This document shows, piece by piece, positions 26,298 to 35,789 of a stretch of DNA of 64,000 bases. A program made the position numbers and the translations under genes. Source of the stretch: a virus (taxonomy: Duplodnaviria; Caudoviricetes); the IMG/VR virus record IMGVR_UViG_2932480793_000001, positions 1 through 64,000 of that record. One strand, written 5' to 3'. A model generated the notes under the pieces. It was not told the origin of the DNA and ran no database searches. It saw only the letters and a program-made list of their open reading frames with translations. Position 1 is the first letter of the stretch, and each line of letters begins with the position of its first letter.

Positions 26298-27167
26298 GTG
26301 GTCAGCAGCAACCGGATAGCCGACGCGGCACGGCAACTCCCCGCCGCGCTCCGCCGCATCGAGCATCAAGCCGCCCACGACGCCGCCCAACCCCTCGCCC
26401 AAGCCCTCGCCGACGCCCAGCGAACAGCGACCCGGCAGTGGCTCCACGCCACCGACCGACAGGCCTCTCCGGCGCCCGGCGCCCTCGACCGACTCGTCGC
26501 AGCCATCAAGCAGCTGCTCGCCGACGCGTTCCGCGGCAAAGGCAAGCTCGCCGCAGACAGCATCCGGATCGCCGCGTTCAACTCGGCCCAGCTCAGCGCC
26601 AGGCAGGCCTCCGCGCTCGCCGCGGCGATGAGCGGGGAACCCGTCCCACCGGTGCAGCCCGTCATCGGGCCAGAAGCTGCCGCCACGGCGGACGCCGTAC
26701 CCGCCGCGGTTGAGGAAGAGCACCACCGGGCCCTGGCGCTCCTCACGGCGGCGAGCGTCACCGCCCTCGGATTCGCCGGTGTCACCGGGGTGTTCAACCG
26801 GGCCTGGCGTGCCGTCACCCGCATCGCCCGTCACGCGGCCGTCGCCGTCACCAGCGCCGCCGCACACGCCGCCACAGCGGTCGCCCGCACCATCGGGCCG
26901 ACCACCCGACTCCTGTGGGTCGCCGAACCCGGGGCATGCCCGGCCTGCGCCGCCTACGCAGGGCGCAGCGTCGTCGCCGGCCGACGGTTCCCCGCCGCAC
27001 TCAGCCTCGACCCGCGGCGCACCGTGTTCGCCACTGCCCCGCTGGGGCCCCCGCTGCATCCGCACTGCCGGTGCTGGACCATCCCCTACTCCCCCACCTG
27101 GCCCGTCGACGGCACACCACTACCCGCCCTGCTGCGCCGGGCCGCACGAACCGAACGGAGGGCCTGA
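26298..27167 (+). CDS. MuF-like minor head morphogenesis protein
   Basis: LLWVAEPGACPACAAYAG...PPLHPHCRC. Confidence 0.8.
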   Translation: MVSSNRIADAARQLPAALRRIEHQAAHDAAQPLAQALADAQRTATRQWLHATDRQASPAPGALDRLVAAIKQLLADAFRGKGKLAADSIRIAAFNSAQLSARQASALAAAMSGEPVPPVQPVIGPEAAATADAVPAAVEEEHHRALALLTAASVTALGFAGVTGVFNRAWRAVTRIARHAAVAVTSAAAHAATAVARTIGPTTRLLWVAEPGACPACAAYAGRSVVAGRRFPAALSLDPRRTVFATAPLGPPLHPHCRCWTIPYSPTWPVDGTPLPALLRRAARTERRA

Positions 27168-27703
27168 TGCCTCACGGGACCATGGGCGAGGACAAGTTCG
27201 AGGAGTTTCTCGAACTCCACACGCAAGGGCTCGGCCGCAACGCGATCTGCCGCAAGATGGGGCTCACCGCGGCGGTCGTGTCGCGTACCGCAGAGCATCT
27301 CGGCGTGTCCTTCGACCGGTCGAGAATTCAGGCTGCCACCACTGCGCGTCTCGCTGACCTAGCCGAGCGGCGCAGCCTTCTCGCCGTCCAGTTCACCGAG
27401 GTTGCCGAAGATTCCCTGGACCGGATTCACAAGCCGACGACGGTGTACGCGTTCGGCGGGTCGATGAACACCTTCGCCGAGCACACCTTCGACGAGGCGC
27501 CGGCCGCGGAGCGGCGGGCTCTGGTTGCCGCTGCGGGTGCGGCGACGGACCGGTCATTGAAGCTGGCACCGGCTGAGGCTGCGTCGAACCTGGACGGGGC
27601 GAAGTCGATGCTGGGGAATCTGGGGACCCTGCTGTCTGCGTACTCGCAGGAGATGGACGAGCAGGACGCCGAGGCTGAGGCCGAGTCCACGGACCGGGCG
27701 TAG
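27167..27703 (+). CDS. terS: Terminase small subunit (N-terminal HTH)
   Basis: LELHTQGLGRNAICRKMG HTH; immediately upstream of terL. Confidence 0.7.
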   Translation: MPHGTMGEDKFEEFLELHTQGLGRNAICRKMGLTAAVVSRTAEHLGVSFDRSRIQAATTARLADLAERRSLLAVQFTEVAEDSLDRIHKPTTVYAFGGSMNTFAEHTFDEAPAAERRALVAAAGAATDRSLKLAPAEAASNLDGAKSMLGNLGTLLSAYSQEMDEQDAEAEAESTDRA

Positions 27704-27706
27704 CCG

Positions 27707-28957
27707 ATGTTGGACACCCTCCCCTTGTCGCGGAAGCAGATCAGGTCGGTCGCTGAGTCGACGACGAAGATCTCGTGCTGGGAGGGTGCCATTCGGTCGG
27801 GGAAGACGATCGCTTCGCTGCTGAAGTGGTTGATATTCGTGGCGAATGCGCCGTCGACGGGTGAACTCGTCATGATCGGCAAGACGTCGCAGACGATCCA
27901 TAGGAACCTGTTCCTGCCCATGCAGGACCCTGCCCTGTTCGGGGAGATCGCCCACCACATCCACTACACCCCAGGCGCGCCGACAGCCAGGATCCTTGGC
28001 CGAGTTGTACACGTCATCGGCGCCAACGACGCCAAGTCGGAGCCGAAGATCCGCGGTATGACGGTGTGCGGGGCCTACGTCGACGAAGTGACGCTGGTGC
28101 CGCAGATCTTCTTCGAGCAGCTCTACGGCCGCATGTCCGTGCACGGCGCCCAGCTGTTCTGCACGACGAACCCCGACAACCCGGCGCACTGGTTCATGCG
28201 GGACTGGCTGGCCCACGTCGGAACGAAGCCGGTGAGGCGGTTCTCGTTCACGATCGACGACAACCCCTTCTTGGATCCCGAGTACGTCGCCGACATGAAG
28301 GCCTCTCACGAGGGTCTGTTCTACCGCCGGTTCATCCTCGGCGAGTGGGTGGCCGCCGAGGGCGCCATCTACGACTCGTGGGACCGTCAACGCCACATCG
28401 TCACCGCCCTGCCCCGCGAGGGCATCCACCGGTGGATCAGCCTGGGTGTGGACTACGGAACGAGCAACCCGTTCCACGCTGTGCTCCTCGGCCTCGGCCG
28501 GGACCGCCGGCTCTACGCCGCCGCGGAGTGGCGGTACGAGGCGCGGCAGACGAAGAAGCAGCTCACCGACGCCGAATACTCGCAGCGGATGCGGGCGTGG
28601 CTCACGGACGTGCCGGGGATCGGCCCGGTGCGCCCCCAGTTCGTGACCGTCGACCCCTCCGCGGCATCGTTCAGCGCCCAGCTGCGCCGGGACCGGATGA
28701 CGCCGACCGCGGCGAAGAACGACGTCATGGACGGCATTCGCACCGTCTCCTCCCTGCTGGCCGCCAACCGGCTGCTCGTGCACGCCTCCTGCAAGGACCT
28801 CATCACCGAGATCGGCGGCTACTCCTGGGACGACAAGGCCGCCCTCCGCGGCGAGGAGCGCCCCATCAAGGTTGCCGACCACGGCGTCGACGCCCTCCGC
28901 TACGCGATCTTCACTACTCGTGCCCTGTGGCAGCGCCAGCTCGCCCTGGCCGCCTGA
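27707..28957 (+). CDS. terL: Terminase large subunit (PBSX-like)
   Basis: EGAIRSGKT Walker A, YVDE Walker B, TTNPD, GVDYG, DHGVDALRY nuclease motifs. Confidence 0.96.
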   Translation: MLDTLPLSRKQIRSVAESTTKISCWEGAIRSGKTIASLLKWLIFVANAPSTGELVMIGKTSQTIHRNLFLPMQDPALFGEIAHHIHYTPGAPTARILGRVVHVIGANDAKSEPKIRGMTVCGAYVDEVTLVPQIFFEQLYGRMSVHGAQLFCTTNPDNPAHWFMRDWLAHVGTKPVRRFSFTIDDNPFLDPEYVADMKASHEGLFYRRFILGEWVAAEGAIYDSWDRQRHIVTALPREGIHRWISLGVDYGTSNPFHAVLLGLGRDRRLYAAAEWRYEARQTKKQLTDAEYSQRMRAWLTDVPGIGPVRPQFVTVDPSAASFSAQLRRDRMTPTAAKNDVMDGIRTVSSLLAANRLLVHASCKDLITEIGGYSWDDKAALRGEERPIKVADHGVDALRYAIFTTRALWQRQLALAA

Positions 28958-28972
28958 CCGAAAGGACTCGTC

Positions 28973-30667
28973 ATGCCGCTGCCTCCGTCTGGGAACACCT
29001 CGTGGCCGCCGCCTCGCTTGGAGATTCCGCATGCCGACATGGACATGTGGCGGGCCTGGTACGCGGGTGACACCGGGCATTTGGCTCAGGTGTACGGCGG
29101 GCCGGCCGCGTACACGCGGAACGGTGTGGCGCGCGCTTTCTTCGACGTGGACCGGCGGCGGGCGGTGGGCGGTGATGAGCTGCGGATGTTCTGGGGTCAG
29201 GATCCGTCGCCGGGACAGCAGGCGGCGAAGTTGCATGTGCCGATCGGAGGGGACATTGCGGAGATGTCCGCGAACCTGCTGTGGGCTGAGGTGCCGCAGG
29301 TGACCGTCGACGTGGACTCGACGAAGAGCGACCTTGCGCAGTCGACGCAGGCACAGATCGGCCGGTACCTCGATGACCGGGGGCACGCGAAGTTCCGTGA
29401 GGCCGCCGAGCTGGCCGCCGGGTTGTCGAACGTGTACCTGCGGGTGGTGTGGGATGTGGAGCTTCGGCCGCGCCCGTGGCTGGACGTCATCCCGGCAACC
29501 GCGGTGGTCCCGGAGTGGCGGTGGGGCATGCTCGCCGCGGCGACGGTGTGGCGGGAGCTGGAGCCCCTCGCGGAAGGCGGGGATGTGTGGCGGCTCCTGG
29601 AGTACCACACCCCGGGATTCATCGAGTACGGGGTGTACCGGGGCGACAACAGCACCCTCGGCATGCTGATGGGGTTCGACGACCACCACGAGACCGAGTT
29701 CCTGGTGAAACGCACCGACGCCCACGGCCGTCAGGCAACGGGCGTCGACCGCCTGCTGATCACGCACATGCCGAACGTGTTGCCCAACAGAATCTGGGAC
29801 GGTGTGCCGGACACGGCACCGCTGGGGCGCTCCGACTACGCGGGCATCGAGCCGATGATGGACGCCCTGGACGAGTCGTGGTCGTCGTGGATGCGGGACC
29901 TACGGCTCGGCAAGGCCCGGGTGGTCGTTCCGCAGGAGATGCTCGACACGGACGGCCCCGGTTCTGGAGGATCCTTCGACCTGGACCGGGAGCTGCTCGT
30001 CTCGGTGAGCGGCTTCCTCGGTGACGAGAAGTCCATGAAGGACTCGATCACCGATGTCCAGTTCAAGATCCGGGTCGAGGAGCACGAGCGGACGACGAAG
30101 GAGCTGCGTCGGCAGATCCTCTCCTCGGCCGGCTACTCGGCTCAGTCGTTCGGCGAGCAGGGCACGGTCGCGGTGACGGCCACGGAGATCGCGGCCCGTA
30201 AGGAGGAGTCGCTGACAACCCGGGGCTTGAAGATCCTGTACCAGCGTCCGGCGTTGTTGGAGGTGCTGACGACGATGATGTGGGTCGACGTGAAGCACTG
30301 CGGGGCGAAGAAGGTGGATCCGGCGGCGGAGCTGACGGCGTCGTGGCCTCAGGCGGTGCAGCCGGATCCGGAGGCCACCGCGCGCACCCTGTCGCTGCTG
30401 GAGTCGGCGGGGGCGATCAGCACGTACATGAAGGTGAAGATGCGGGAGCCGGCCTGGGATCACGCCGAGGTGATGGAGGAGGTGCGGCGTATCCGGGACG
30501 ACAAGACGCAGGAGACGCCGGCCGGGGATCCGTTCAACACTCGCGACGTAGATCCGAACGAGGAGCAGCCGGACGACGATGTTGAGCCGGGCTTCGATGA
30601 GGGCCAGGGCGAGGAGCTCGACGAGGAGCCGGTGGGCGGGGGCTCGCGGCCTACGTTGGCGGCTTAG
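28973..30667 (+). CDS. Portal protein
   Basis: Follows terL; LGRSDY...MDALDESWSSWMRDLRLG...TATEI. Confidence 0.92.
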   Translation: MPLPPSGNTSWPPPRLEIPHADMDMWRAWYAGDTGHLAQVYGGPAAYTRNGVARAFFDVDRRRAVGGDELRMFWGQDPSPGQQAAKLHVPIGGDIAEMSANLLWAEVPQVTVDVDSTKSDLAQSTQAQIGRYLDDRGHAKFREAAELAAGLSNVYLRVVWDVELRPRPWLDVIPATAVVPEWRWGMLAAATVWRELEPLAEGGDVWRLLEYHTPGFIEYGVYRGDNSTLGMLMGFDDHHETEFLVKRTDAHGRQATGVDRLLITHMPNVLPNRIWDGVPDTAPLGRSDYAGIEPMMDALDESWSSWMRDLRLGKARVVVPQEMLDTDGPGSGGSFDLDRELLVSVSGFLGDEKSMKDSITDVQFKIRVEEHERTTKELRRQILSSAGYSAQSFGEQGTVAVTATEIAARKEESLTTRGLKILYQRPALLEVLTTMMWVDVKHCGAKKVDPAAELTASWPQAVQPDPEATARTLSLLESAGAISTYMKVKMREPAWDHAEVMEEVRRIRDDKTQETPAGDPFNTRDVDPNEEQPDDDVEPGFDEGQGEELDEEPVGGGSRPTLAA

Positions 30668-30828
30668 CGGCGGCGGGTGCCTCGCCGGGCGGGGAGTGTG
30701 CGGTAGCCGGTGGTCTTGCCGTAGCTGCGCTTCCGGGCTCGGGCCCACCTGTGTGCGAAGCGCTGCTTGGTGGCGAAGGCCCAGCGCCACTGCGCCTGGG
30801 AGCGGACCTTGCCGCGTTGTCTGGCCAT
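30664..30828 (-). CDS. Very basic 54-aa protein
   Basis: MARQRGKVRSQAQWRWAFATKQRFAHRWAR...; GGAG RBS. Confidence 0.7.
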   Translation of the reverse strand: MARQRGKVRSQAQWRWAFATKQRFAHRWARARKRSYGKTTGYRTLPARRGTRRR

Positions 30829-30890
30829 GGGGTTCTCCGTTCGTTGACCTGCCTGGAGTGTTCCCGCCGACCGCTGTGGCACAACGCCTC

Positions 30891-30919
30891 GGGCCCGCCT
30901 GATGGTTCAGGGCGGGCCC
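30891..30919. terminator. GC hairpin
   Basis: GGGCCCGCC...GGCGGGCCC. Confidence 0.5.
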
Positions 30920-31066
30920 GATGGTGGCTTCTGTGTGCTCCCGGCAAGGTTCCACAGAAGCCGGGGTGCGCTCACGCGCTGGAAGCACTTCGAGTATGAG
31001 AGAAGGCGCGGTGCCCGTCCAGCGCTCTGGGACGAAATGCCCCGTCGCGGGTCTGTCCGGGCTGGA

Positions 31067-31474
31067 TCATCGCGGGGGCTCCTGGGTGGGCAGCGGGTTG
31101 ACCTCGGGGTGGGTGTATCGGATCGGTTTGCCGAGGGATGTGGCGTATCGGATTTCCGCGCGGGTGCTGTCGCCGATGTAGTCGCCGACCACGAGGACCT
31201 CGTCAGCAAGGCGGATCTTCGCCCGGTGCAGAGCGTCGAGGCTGGCCTTGAGCGGCTCGGCCTGCTCGGGGGTGCCCCACAGGGCGTGGGGTTCCTTCAT
31301 GTTGCAGCCCGGGGCGACGACGATGTGGCCGGCGGCGGTCTCCTGGAGGTTCGCCTCCTGCATGTCGGCCATGAACCGGGTGCTGCCGCAGATGACAACA
31401 ATGCGGGGGATGTCGAGGGTCTGCTTGGCCTGGGCGAGTTTCTCCTCGGCGGTGAGGAGCTGCGGGTACGACAT
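31067..31474 (-). CDS. Nucleoside 2-deoxyribosyltransferase-like protein
   Basis: IVVICGSTRF...HRAKIRLADEVLVVGDYIGDSTRAEIRYATSLGKPI. Confidence 0.7.
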   Translation of the reverse strand: MSYPQLLTAEEKLAQAKQTLDIPRIVVICGSTRFMADMQEANLQETAAGHIVVAPGCNMKEPHALWGTPEQAEPLKASLDALHRAKIRLADEVLVVGDYIGDSTRAEIRYATSLGKPIRYTHPEVNPLPTQEPPR

Positions 31475-31528
31475 GGGTCTCCTTCGGGATCGCGGGCCGC
31501 CGTGCCGTACACAGCAGCCCGGGGGCGG

Positions 31529-31903
31529 TCAGGTGGTGGGTGCGGGAAGCAGCGGCTCCCAGACGGCGCGCATGGTGTTGGCGCACTCGGTGAGCCAGGC
31601 GCGGACAGCCGACTCGTCAGCCGTAGTGATCGGCATCTCGGCGGAGCAGGCGATGGCCCTGCGCTGGAGGATGAAGAACAGCTTCAGCGTCTCAGCGTCG
31701 CCCTCAGGGTCGCCGCTGGCCTTCTCCCAGTCCCAGCGGTACAGGAGATTCATGTCGCGGTCGCCCCGGAAGAACAGAGTCTCGGTGAAGTCGGCCCAGG
31801 ACTCGAAGAGGTTGTGCATGCCGGGCTTATAGAAGTTGCCCTCGGCGGCGTAGTACGGGTGGTCGGTCTCCCAGAGCGGGACAACGGTCTCGGGCGTGGT
31901 CAC
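31529..31903 (-). CDS. Hypothetical phage protein
   Basis: GGAGG RBS, GTGA overlap; LWETDHPYY...DMNLLYRWDW. Confidence 0.75.
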   Translation of the reverse strand: MTTPETVVPLWETDHPYYAAEGNFYKPGMHNLFESWADFTETLFFRGDRDMNLLYRWDWEKASGDPEGDAETLKLFFILQRRAIACSAEMPITTADESAVRAWLTECANTMRAVWEPLLPAPTT

Positions 31904-32175
31904 CGGGCCTCCTCGGGTGTGGTGGGCCAGGCGGCGAGGAGGTCCCGGCCGCAGTCGGGGTGGACGCAGATCCCGCCGTCGTCGAGGTCATCCGCGCCGA
32001 CCTCGCGGAAGTCGGCGTACCGGGACACGGGGGCGGGCTTGTGGGCGAGGCAGTGGTGCAGCCGCCCCTTGTTCTGCCGGTAGCCGACAATCCCGGTCGC
32101 GGCGGCCCTGGCGATCTCCCGATCCGAGGCGAGTTCCGTCGCACCCACCCAGGTGTGCTCATCTCGTGCGCTCAT
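31900..32175 (-). CDS. Hypothetical Cys-containing protein
   Basis: GAGGAG RBS before ATG 32175; CLAH...CVHPDCG. Confidence 0.65.
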   Translation of the reverse strand: MSARDEHTWVGATELASDREIARAAATGIVGYRQNKGRLHHCLAHKPAPVSRYADFREVGADDLDDGGICVHPDCGRDLLAAWPTTPEEAR

Positions 32176-32292
32176 CGGTCTACTCCTCGTTGTCGTTGTC
32201 ATAGTCCCGCTCCCACCATTCGCGGTCACGGCGGGCCACCTCGGCCAGGGTGTCCTCCCACGGCGGCAACGGGGCCGGGGCAGGCGGCGGGG

Positions 32293-32778
32293 TCACGGGG
32301 TGGGCTCGCCGTCAGGATGGGCGAACGCCCGGACTTCCACGGCCAGCCAGGCGGCGACCTCGTCGCGGGTGAGTTCCCCGCCGTGGACGGTGCCAGTCGG
32401 GTCGGCGTGAACGGCGTCAACCACGGCTTCACGCAGCGCGTCCGGGGGCGGCTCGTGCGCGGACCAGTCGACCGGGTACCCGGCACGGACCAACCAAGCA
32501 GCCGCCTCGGACAGGGCCCTCCGTAGTCGGTCGACCTCGGCCAGCAGCTCCGGAACTGACTGCCGAGCGCTGGCGATGAACTGCACGTCCGCCTCGGACG
32601 CCCCGTCAGCGGACAAAAGCACTCGGGCTCCTGTCCGCCCGTCGCGCAAGGTCTCAACGTAGACCACCGGGCGACCGCCGCTTCCGTCAGCGACAAGCCA
32701 CGGCCCGTCGGTGACCTCATCGAGGTTGCGGTTCTGGATCTGCGACAGGCGGTCCGGGGTCATCGGGGTGTCGGTCAT
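32293..32778 (-). CDS. Ead/Ea22-like phage protein
   Basis: TDGPW...ADVQFIASARQSVPELLAEVDRLR. Confidence 0.65.
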   Translation of the reverse strand: MTDTPMTPDRLSQIQNRNLDEVTDGPWLVADGSGGRPVVYVETLRDGRTGARVLLSADGASEADVQFIASARQSVPELLAEVDRLRRALSEAAAWLVRAGYPVDWSAHEPPPDALREAVVDAVHADPTGTVHGGELTRDEVAAWLAVEVRAFAHPDGEPTP

Positions 32779-33143
32779 CGGGGTCCTTCCAGAGACAGGG
32801 CGGGGGTCAGGCGCTGCATCTGCTCGTCGATCAGGTCAGTCAGCCAGTCGGGCCGAATGACGTACCCGCGCGCGCCGTCGACGCGACTCTTGTTCCAGCT
32901 GGCGGTGGTGATCGGCTGGCCGGGCTCGCCGGACTTCAAGCGGCGCGGACCGATGACAGCGACGTAAAGCCAGGTGCGGTCGTTCTCGCTGCCCTCTATG
33001 CGCTTGACGACAATCTCCACTTGGGCGGGGATAACGACGCGTCCGGTCGACGGGTCGGTCAGGTCGGGGCGTCCGGATACGGGCACGACCACTGTCGTCT
33101 CGGTGGCGCGGGTGAACGCGTCGGGCAGGAAGTGAATGGGCAT
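32775..33143 (-). CDS. Hypothetical phage protein
   Basis: GAGG RBS; GPRRLKSG motif; ATGA overlap. Confidence 0.7.
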   Translation of the reverse strand: MPIHFLPDAFTRATETTVVVPVSGRPDLTDPSTGRVVIPAQVEIVVKRIEGSENDRTWLYVAVIGPRRLKSGEPGQPITTASWNKSRVDGARGYVIRPDWLTDLIDEQMQRLTPALSLEGPR

Positions 33144-33173
33144 AGCCCAGTCCTCTCGTTGTATTGGCGAGGG

Positions 33174-33512
33174 TTAGGCCGCGAGTGCGAGCTTGGCAGC
33201 GACGAGGCGGTAAGCGGGCTTGCGCGCCTTGTAGTTGGCGGCGATGACCGCCACCTGGGCGCGGGTGAAGCGGAGGCAGTTCCGCATGTGGCGGCCGGCG
33301 TGGGCACGGCCTGCGGTTCCGAGGATGCCGAGCTTCGCGGCGACCTTGCGGAGGGTGCTGGCGACGGAGGTGGCGTCGCGGTGGGACAGGCCCTGGGCCA
33401 TGGCGTGGGCGGCGAGGGTGCCGACGCCGTTTCGGCGGATGCGTGCGGCGGCCCGGTTGGCGGTCTGGCGGGCCTTCAGGGTGGCGCGGCGGGTTCGGTT
33501 GCTGGCGATCAC
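33174..33512 (-). CDS. Basic putative DNA-binding protein
   Basis: Arg/Ala-rich 112 aa; first gene after a leftward promoter. Confidence 0.7.
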   Translation of the reverse strand: MIASNRTRRATLKARQTANRAAARIRRNGVGTLAAHAMAQGLSHRDATSVASTLRKVAAKLGILGTAGRAHAGRHMRNCLRFTRAQVAVIAANYKARKPAYRLVAAKLALAA

Positions 33513-33579
33513 GAGTCCCCCTCGGGTGGTTCTTGCTGTTCACCCTCGCGCCCCACTAGCGATCATGTGTTGCGCTGGC

Positions 33580-33641
33580 GATGACTCAGACAGTACGCCT
33601 GAGGCATGGCCACCGCAAGTGGGTTGCGATAGATTGGTGCC
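33580..33641. promoter_or_regulatory. Divergent promoter/operator
   Basis: Minus strand TTGCGG-N17-TACTGT; plus strand TAGATT 6 nt before ATG 33642 (leaderless); CGCAA-N5-TTGCG palindrome between them. Confidence 0.55.
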
Positions 33642-33932
33642 ATGAATCCGACCCCGCCCCCCGAGTCCCCGACCCTGGAGGACATCGCCGCAGCAGGCGC
33701 CCGCCGAGTCCGCGACGCCGACCGGCTCAAGAAGTCCAGCGACGAACTCAAAGAACTCGTCCTCGCCGCCCTCAGGGCCGGAACCCACAAGCCCACCGAG
33801 GTCGCCAAGAAGTCCGGGTGGACCGGCGCCCACGTCAGGAAAATGGCGAGGGAAGCAGGTATCGAAGCCGACGATCGGTACAAGGAGCGGGCCGAACGGC
33901 TCCGCAAGGCGCAGACCGAGGGGCCCTCATGA
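33642..33932 (+). CDS. Small HTH regulator
   Basis: ALRAGTHKPTEVAKKSGWTGAHVRKMAREAGI. Confidence 0.75.
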   Translation: MNPTPPPESPTLEDIAAAGARRVRDADRLKKSSDELKELVLAALRAGTHKPTEVAKKSGWTGAHVRKMAREAGIEADDRYKERAERLRKAQTEGPS

Positions 33933-34334
33933 CCGACGCCTTGGTGGCCTTCCTGAAGGCCCGGTTCGACGACGATGAGCGGGTGGCGCGGGCCTGCGCC
34001 GGTGACGGGACGTGGACCGTCGAGGACCTGGAGGTCTACGCGCCCGACCTGTCGGACGATGTCCGCACCCAAGCAGCCCGCCAGGACCCGGCCCGCACCC
34101 TGCGGGAAGTCGAAGCGAAACGGGCCGTGCTCGCCGCATACTGCGCAGCTGCCAGCGCGCGCGGAGTCGGCTCGCCTGGCCCAGAAAGCACGCACCAACG
34201 GATGGGACACGATCATGGCCGAGCTTGAGGAAGCCTCAGCCATCCACAAGCGGGACGCCCTTCACGAGGTACTGCGCCTCCTCGCCCTCCCGTACAGCGA
34301 CCACCCCGAGTACGAGGAAGCGTGGCGGCCGTGA
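33929..34334 (+). pseudogene. DUF6221-like gene split by a frameshift near 34155
   Basis: MTDALVAFLKARFDDDE...DPARTLREVEAKR lies in one frame, LRLLALPYSDHPEYEEAWRP in another. Confidence 0.75.
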
Positions 34335-34579
34335 CCCCGGACGAGGAGGCCCGGTTCTTCGCGCAGATCATCGGTGACGCGAAGCGCACCGTCCTGTGCG
34401 AACCACACCGGGTGGCCGAGATCCAGGACGTCGTCAACCGGCTCGGCATGGCGGGCATCGTGACGGTGACGGCCAGCCAGGTCTGCCCGGAAGGGAAGCT
34501 CCTGGTCATCGATGAGCAGGCCATGGAAGCGGCCTGTCGGCAGGGCGCGTCAAGGCCGATCCGGTTCCACGGAGGCTGA
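34331..34579 (+). CDS. Hypothetical protein
   Basis: GTGA overlap; GDAKRTVLCEP. Confidence 0.65.
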   Translation: MTPDEEARFFAQIIGDAKRTVLCEPHRVAEIQDVVNRLGMAGIVTVTASQVCPEGKLLVIDEQAMEAACRQGASRPIRFHGG

Positions 34580-34630
34580 CCTTCCCCCGTTCCTCCCCCG
34601 CCATCCCTACTCTCCCGGCAGAATGCCCCC

Positions 34631-34813
34631 ATGGCGAGGTTCACGGTCCACGGTGCGACCCAACGCGAGTGCCAGGACGCCCTGGATGAGCTGCTGGCCG
34701 CCATGCCCGTGACCGTGGCCCTCCGCCCCGTCCGCTCCGCCACCGGGGCCTGGATCGCCCGCGCAACACGCAAGGCCCCGGACCAGCAGGTCAGGGGCTT
34801 TGCGGTGCGGTGA
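34631..34813 (+). CDS. Small hypothetical protein
   Basis: 60 aa; possible leaderless start after CAGAAT. Confidence 0.55.
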   Translation: MARFTVHGATQRECQDALDELLAAMPVTVALRPVRSATGAWIARATRKAPDQQVRGFAVR

Positions 34814-35014
34814 GCCGGAAGTAAACGCCTTGAGGTAGGGCGAGGTTTCGGGCGTTCACCCCATGGGGTGGTCCGCCGCGTTTTGGGTCCTCAAACGCTT
34901 ACGGGTGTCGTTGATTCATCTGGAGCGCTATCGCGCTTTACGGTCGCGTCACCCCCGCCCTCACAGCCGGCACAGCAGAGCGGGTGGGGGTGACGCCTCA
35001 CAGAGGGATCAGCT

Positions 35015-35278
35015 ATGAACCATTCCCCTGCGGACCAGGGGTCTATCCCTGGCCGCGACCCGGCAGCGCCTGGTCGCAGTTCTCATCCGGCCACCGACTC
35101 GGCGCTGGTCGTGGTGGGCGGCGCATCGTTCATCGAGCTTGTCGCCGTGGAGGGGTTGGAGCCCTGGTTGGCGATCGGGCCGGCTGTGACGTTGGTTGCG
35201 TGCTTGAAGCTCGCGGTGTATGCCCCGGCTGGTGTCGGGTTGTTGCGGGACAAGGTTCTGCGGTTCATCCGTTCCTGA
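35015..35278 (+). CDS. Possible small membrane protein (moron)
   Basis: GAGGG RBS, two hydrophobic stretches, atypical codon usage. Confidence 0.4.
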   Translation: MNHSPADQGSIPGRDPAAPGRSSHPATDSALVVVGGASFIELVAVEGLEPWLAIGPAVTLVACLKLAVYAPAGVGLLRDKVLRFIRS

Positions 35279-35509
35279 CCTCCTCCCCGTGCTGCGCCCC
35301 GGTTCGCCAGTTGCTCGCTGGCGTGCCGGGGCGTTTCGCTTGTACACGCTAAGTCAACGGCTATGAGGAATCACAGTTCTTGAATTTAGGACGGTGTCAC
35401 TCGTTTGGAGGATCTGATGCTGTGAGGCTAGTTACGACCCGCTGGGCTCTGACTATGCCTGGGGCATATGCCGGGAGTGGAATGGGGTCCACGGCGCCAC
35501 GAGCGCACT

Positions 35510-35539
35510 GAGGCCCCGGAGCGGGTGCCCCGGGGCCTC
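35510..35539. terminator. Hairpin closing the leftward transfer operon
   Basis: GAGGCCCCGG...CCGGGGCCTC. Confidence 0.6.
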
Positions 35540-35553
35540 GGTACGCGGGCGAT

Positions 35554-35739
35554 CTAGTAGTCGTCGCGGCCTTCGCCGAGCCGCACCTTCAACTCCTTGA
35601 TCTTCCCGCTGGTGCTGAGCTCCGCGTACACGTTCCTGTCCCCCTGCACGTTCCCCTCCCGCGCCTGCTTCACGAACTCTTCGAGCTCGTCGAACGTCAT
35701 GTCCTTGCCTTCACCCGTGAAGTTCAAGCTGAGTGCCAT
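35554..35739 (-). CDS. Small hypothetical protein
   Basis: MALSLNFTGEGKDMTFDELEEFV... Confidence 0.6.
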   Translation of the reverse strand: MALSLNFTGEGKDMTFDELEEFVKQAREGNVQGDRNVYAELSTSGKIKELKVRLGEGRDDY

Positions 35740-35789
35740 GCGGTCATATTGGCGGGCCGACGGGAGTTGCGCTGCCGGTTCGACGAAGG

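Noticed and set aside
26215-30912. CCCTGAACC / GGTTCAGGG as inversion sites for the packaging block
   Set aside because: Only 9 bp; the right copy is part of a terminator hairpin, and no recombinase is present in the window.
30972-31070. 32-codon minus-strand ORF MIQPGQTRDG... coupled to the upstream stop
   Set aside because: May be a truncated remnant, but it is too short and atypical to call.
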